A program made the position numbers and the translations under genes. A stretch of DNA of 64,000 nucleotides, taken from the NCBI GenBank assembly GCA_964252035.1, contig OZ176204.1; one strand, given 5' to 3'. Positions within the stretch are counted from its first letter, which is position 1. Each line of letters begins with the position of its first letter. Shown here piece after piece: positions 61,340-64,000 of this stretch. The notes under the pieces are model-generated. The model searched no databases, was not told the DNA's origin, and worked only from the letters and a program-made list of their open reading frames with translations. This stretch comes from Podarcis erhardii. Taxonomy: Eukaryota.

Positions 61340-61902
61340 TGTGACGACCACAACCTAGGTTTAAGGTACCATTGGTGATTAGCTTATATATCTAAGTTTC
61401 TAACACTGCACCCCAATCTCCGTCCAGTGATGTAAGATTCCAGGGGTATCAGACAAGCTTCCAAGGGTCTGTGCTCCCTTTTGGGACAGTGAGGCACAGC
61501 AGAGACTGTGATGTTTTTGTGATATATGGTTTATTTACACATATATACAACCTGAACCTAGATGAAGGGATTGCAGAGTATTCACAGCCCGAATGGGTCT
61601 GGCCTTCTTCTTAGGCGCAGCATTGGATTCAAAGAACAGCAAAAAGCTGTGTTTCCTTTGTTCCAGCCTGCCACAGCCAGCCCACTTTGTATTCTACCCC
61701 CACTTTCTCTACCACCTTTGGTCTCTGCCCACCAACACACAGCTGGAGGAGGGGCCCCTCCCTCCTGATCTTCGCTCTCTTGCTGGTTTCCTTGATGAGC
61801 CATTATTCTGCTTTGTTCCTAAATGACTTACTCTCAGCTAGCCCTGTCAGATATGTCTGGCTTGTTAGCATAAGCTAAACCCAAGAATTTCTGTGTTTGA
61901 CA
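61340..61902 (-). mobile_element. Possible solo LTR (TGT...ACA, about 563 bp)
   Basis: TG/CA ends, near-matching 4-bp flanks ctgt / cagt, minus-strand AATAAA near 61530. No internal coding sequence. Confidence 0.35.
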
Positions 61903-63043
61903 CAGTTTAATCAAACCTTGATTAATTCTAACTTTTACTAATTCTAGGATTTATGGATGTCTTGCACCCACAAAGCTCTGGCACCCCAGCACATAGCATT
62001 ATGTTCAGCCTGTGTAAATAAACCTTATGTCATAGAAGCTTCATCATTCTCTGGTGACCGTAATTTCAAGGAAGTCAATTCCAAGGGATAGACAGGGACC
62101 CACTCCAAGATGGAGTTTGTGCATAAGAATATGCTTTTCCTTCTCCAGCACTGTGGTAGTTGAACAGTGGTGGGTGGCAAATGCTGGCATTCAACTGCCT
62201 TACTGGCCTTCACTGCATATCTGGATGTTCAGTATTGCCAGGACAATGTTAATATGTTGTGAAGATGTACTGGAATGTCTGCTGATAAATCACAACACAA
62301 GCTGGTATCAACCAGTACAAGAAGTCTTAAGATGGGGCTGTAACTCAAACTCAAATGAGTGGCACTAACGTTGCAAATATATGTTTAACGGGCTTGATTC
62401 CTTTGTAGGAATAAAGTGTAGTATGTATTTTGAGATCAAACTAATGTCAATGGCAGTGGTCAGTATATTGATGCTGCTATAGAAAAGTCGGAGCCATTCC
62501 TCTCTGTCATAAATCCTAGCCAAAACCGTCATCAGATCTGATGCAGTGGCATATTTCTTGTTGACTTCAGTGGGTGAGATATGCATCATATAAACACAAA
62601 GGGATGGTTCATTTGATACAGAAAGCTAGCAAAGTTAGAACAGACTAAAATAGTCTCTCCCCCCCTCCCCCATTTCAAAGAGCAGCTACTGTAAATAGGT
62701 GCTAGCATTTTACAGAAGGATAGTGTAGAATATAGGCCAGAAACTGACTGACTGATTAGCTGAGATGGATGAGAAGGCCATTCAGCATACTAATGAAAAT
62801 AAACTAAATTTGGAGATTGCTGTAACACATTTGGATGGTGTCCTAAAACAAAGCAGTTTCTGTCAGCTATTAGAGAAGATGGGCTGATGCAGCAAGAAAG
62901 CCATTATATCAAAACTTTGATTTGCCATCAGCTATTTTTAATTAGCTGTGTAAAGTGGAGACTGTCTGTCAATGAGAAACAAGTAAAGTTTGAAGTCCAA
63001 CCCACATTTACTCATGCTTTGTAGCAAACACTTCACCGTCAGC

Positions 63044-63130
63044 ATAAGAACATAAGAAAACCTGCTGCATCAGGCTAGTGGCTCATCTAGGAAGGCATTT
63101 TGTTCTCATAATGGCCAGCCAGATGCCTAA
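63044..63130 (-). mobile_element. CR1-type/SINE 3' end
   Basis: cataagaacataagaa tail plus gcctgctg..tcagg..gttctca..tggccagccagatgcc. Confidence 0.75.
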
Positions 63131-64000
63131 AGTATCCATGACAGGGGCCTATCCAACCTCTGCTTAAAAACCTTCAATGATGGAGAGACCACCACCTCCT
63201 GAGGGAGTCTGTTCTGCTATCGAACAGCTCTTGCTGTCAGAAAGTTCTTCCTGATATTTAGTCAGAATCTCTTTTCTTATAACCTGAATCGATAGTTTCA
63301 AGTCCTACCCTCCAGAGCAGGAGAAAACAACCTTTCTTCATCTTCCATGGGACAGCCCTTCAGATATTTGAAGATGCCTATCATATCTCCTCTCAGTCTC
63401 CTCATTTCCAGACTAAATATGCCCAACCCCCTCAACTGTTCCTAATAAGGCTTGGTTTCCAGACTCTTGATCACCTTGGTTGTCCTCCTCGGCGTATGTT
63501 CCAGCTTGTCAATATCCTTCTTAGACTGTAGCTCCCAGAACTGGACACAGTACTCCAGGTGGAATCTGACTAAGGCAGAATAGAGCAGTACAATGTCTTC
63601 CCTTGATCTGGACACTATACTTCTGTTGATGCAGCCTAGAATGGCATTAGCTTTTTTTGCTGCTGCATCACACTGTTGACTCATGTTAAACTTGTGGTAT
63701 ACTAAGATCCCTAGATTCTTTTCACATGTACTACTGGCAATCCAGGTGTCTCTCCATCTTAATATTTGTGCAGTTGGTTCTTCCTGCCTAAGTGTAGAAC
63801 CTTACATTTGTCCCTATTTATTCATTCATTCATTCGTTAATTTTGTTTTGGTTGTCCAATCTGCTAAGGTCATCTTGAATTCTGATACTGTCTTCTTCGG
63901 CACTAGCTACCCCACTAAGTTTGCTGTCATCTGCTAATTTTATGAGCAATCCCCTCAATACTTTTGTCCGCATTGTTTATAAAGATGTTGAACAATAAAG
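63131..64000 (-). mobile_element. CR1 LINE ORF2 3' part, continues beyond the window
   Basis: MSQQCDAAAKKANAILGCINRSIVSRSRE.IV.LYSALVR.HLEYCVQFW...KKDIDKLE. Confidence 0.96.

Overview
Vertebrate genomic DNA, most consistent with a squamate reptile and probably a lacertid lizard (inferred from a Sauria SINE, BovB, young L2/CR1 and Penelope elements). No bacterial-type genes, rRNA, true tRNA genes or CRISPR arrays were seen. The window is mostly intronic/intergenic and rich in transposable elements: a near-full-length BovB LINE (1-2896, minus) with three inactivating lesions, a second RTE-clade LINE fragment, many L2 and CR1 3' ends, SINEs, Tigger-like and hAT-like MITEs, and a nested Penelope/MITE/Tc1/pogo-like cluster at 56.5-58.7 kb. 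Highlights: (1) a 363-bp Penelope insertion with a 13-bp TSD, an intact minimal hammerhead ribozyme and a perfect 66-bp inverted repeat that overlaps the ribozyme cleavage site; (2) a compact, phase-consistent 4-exon plus-strand gene model (about 19980-20802) encoding an unrecognised 77-aa protein; (3) a CpG-rich minus-strand promoter candidate with a consensus RFX X-box at 55.1 kb and several candidate minus-strand exons downstream; (4) candidate microexons. No host gene could be named. All exon calls come from manual splice-site reading and need RNA-seq; all boundaries were read by eye.
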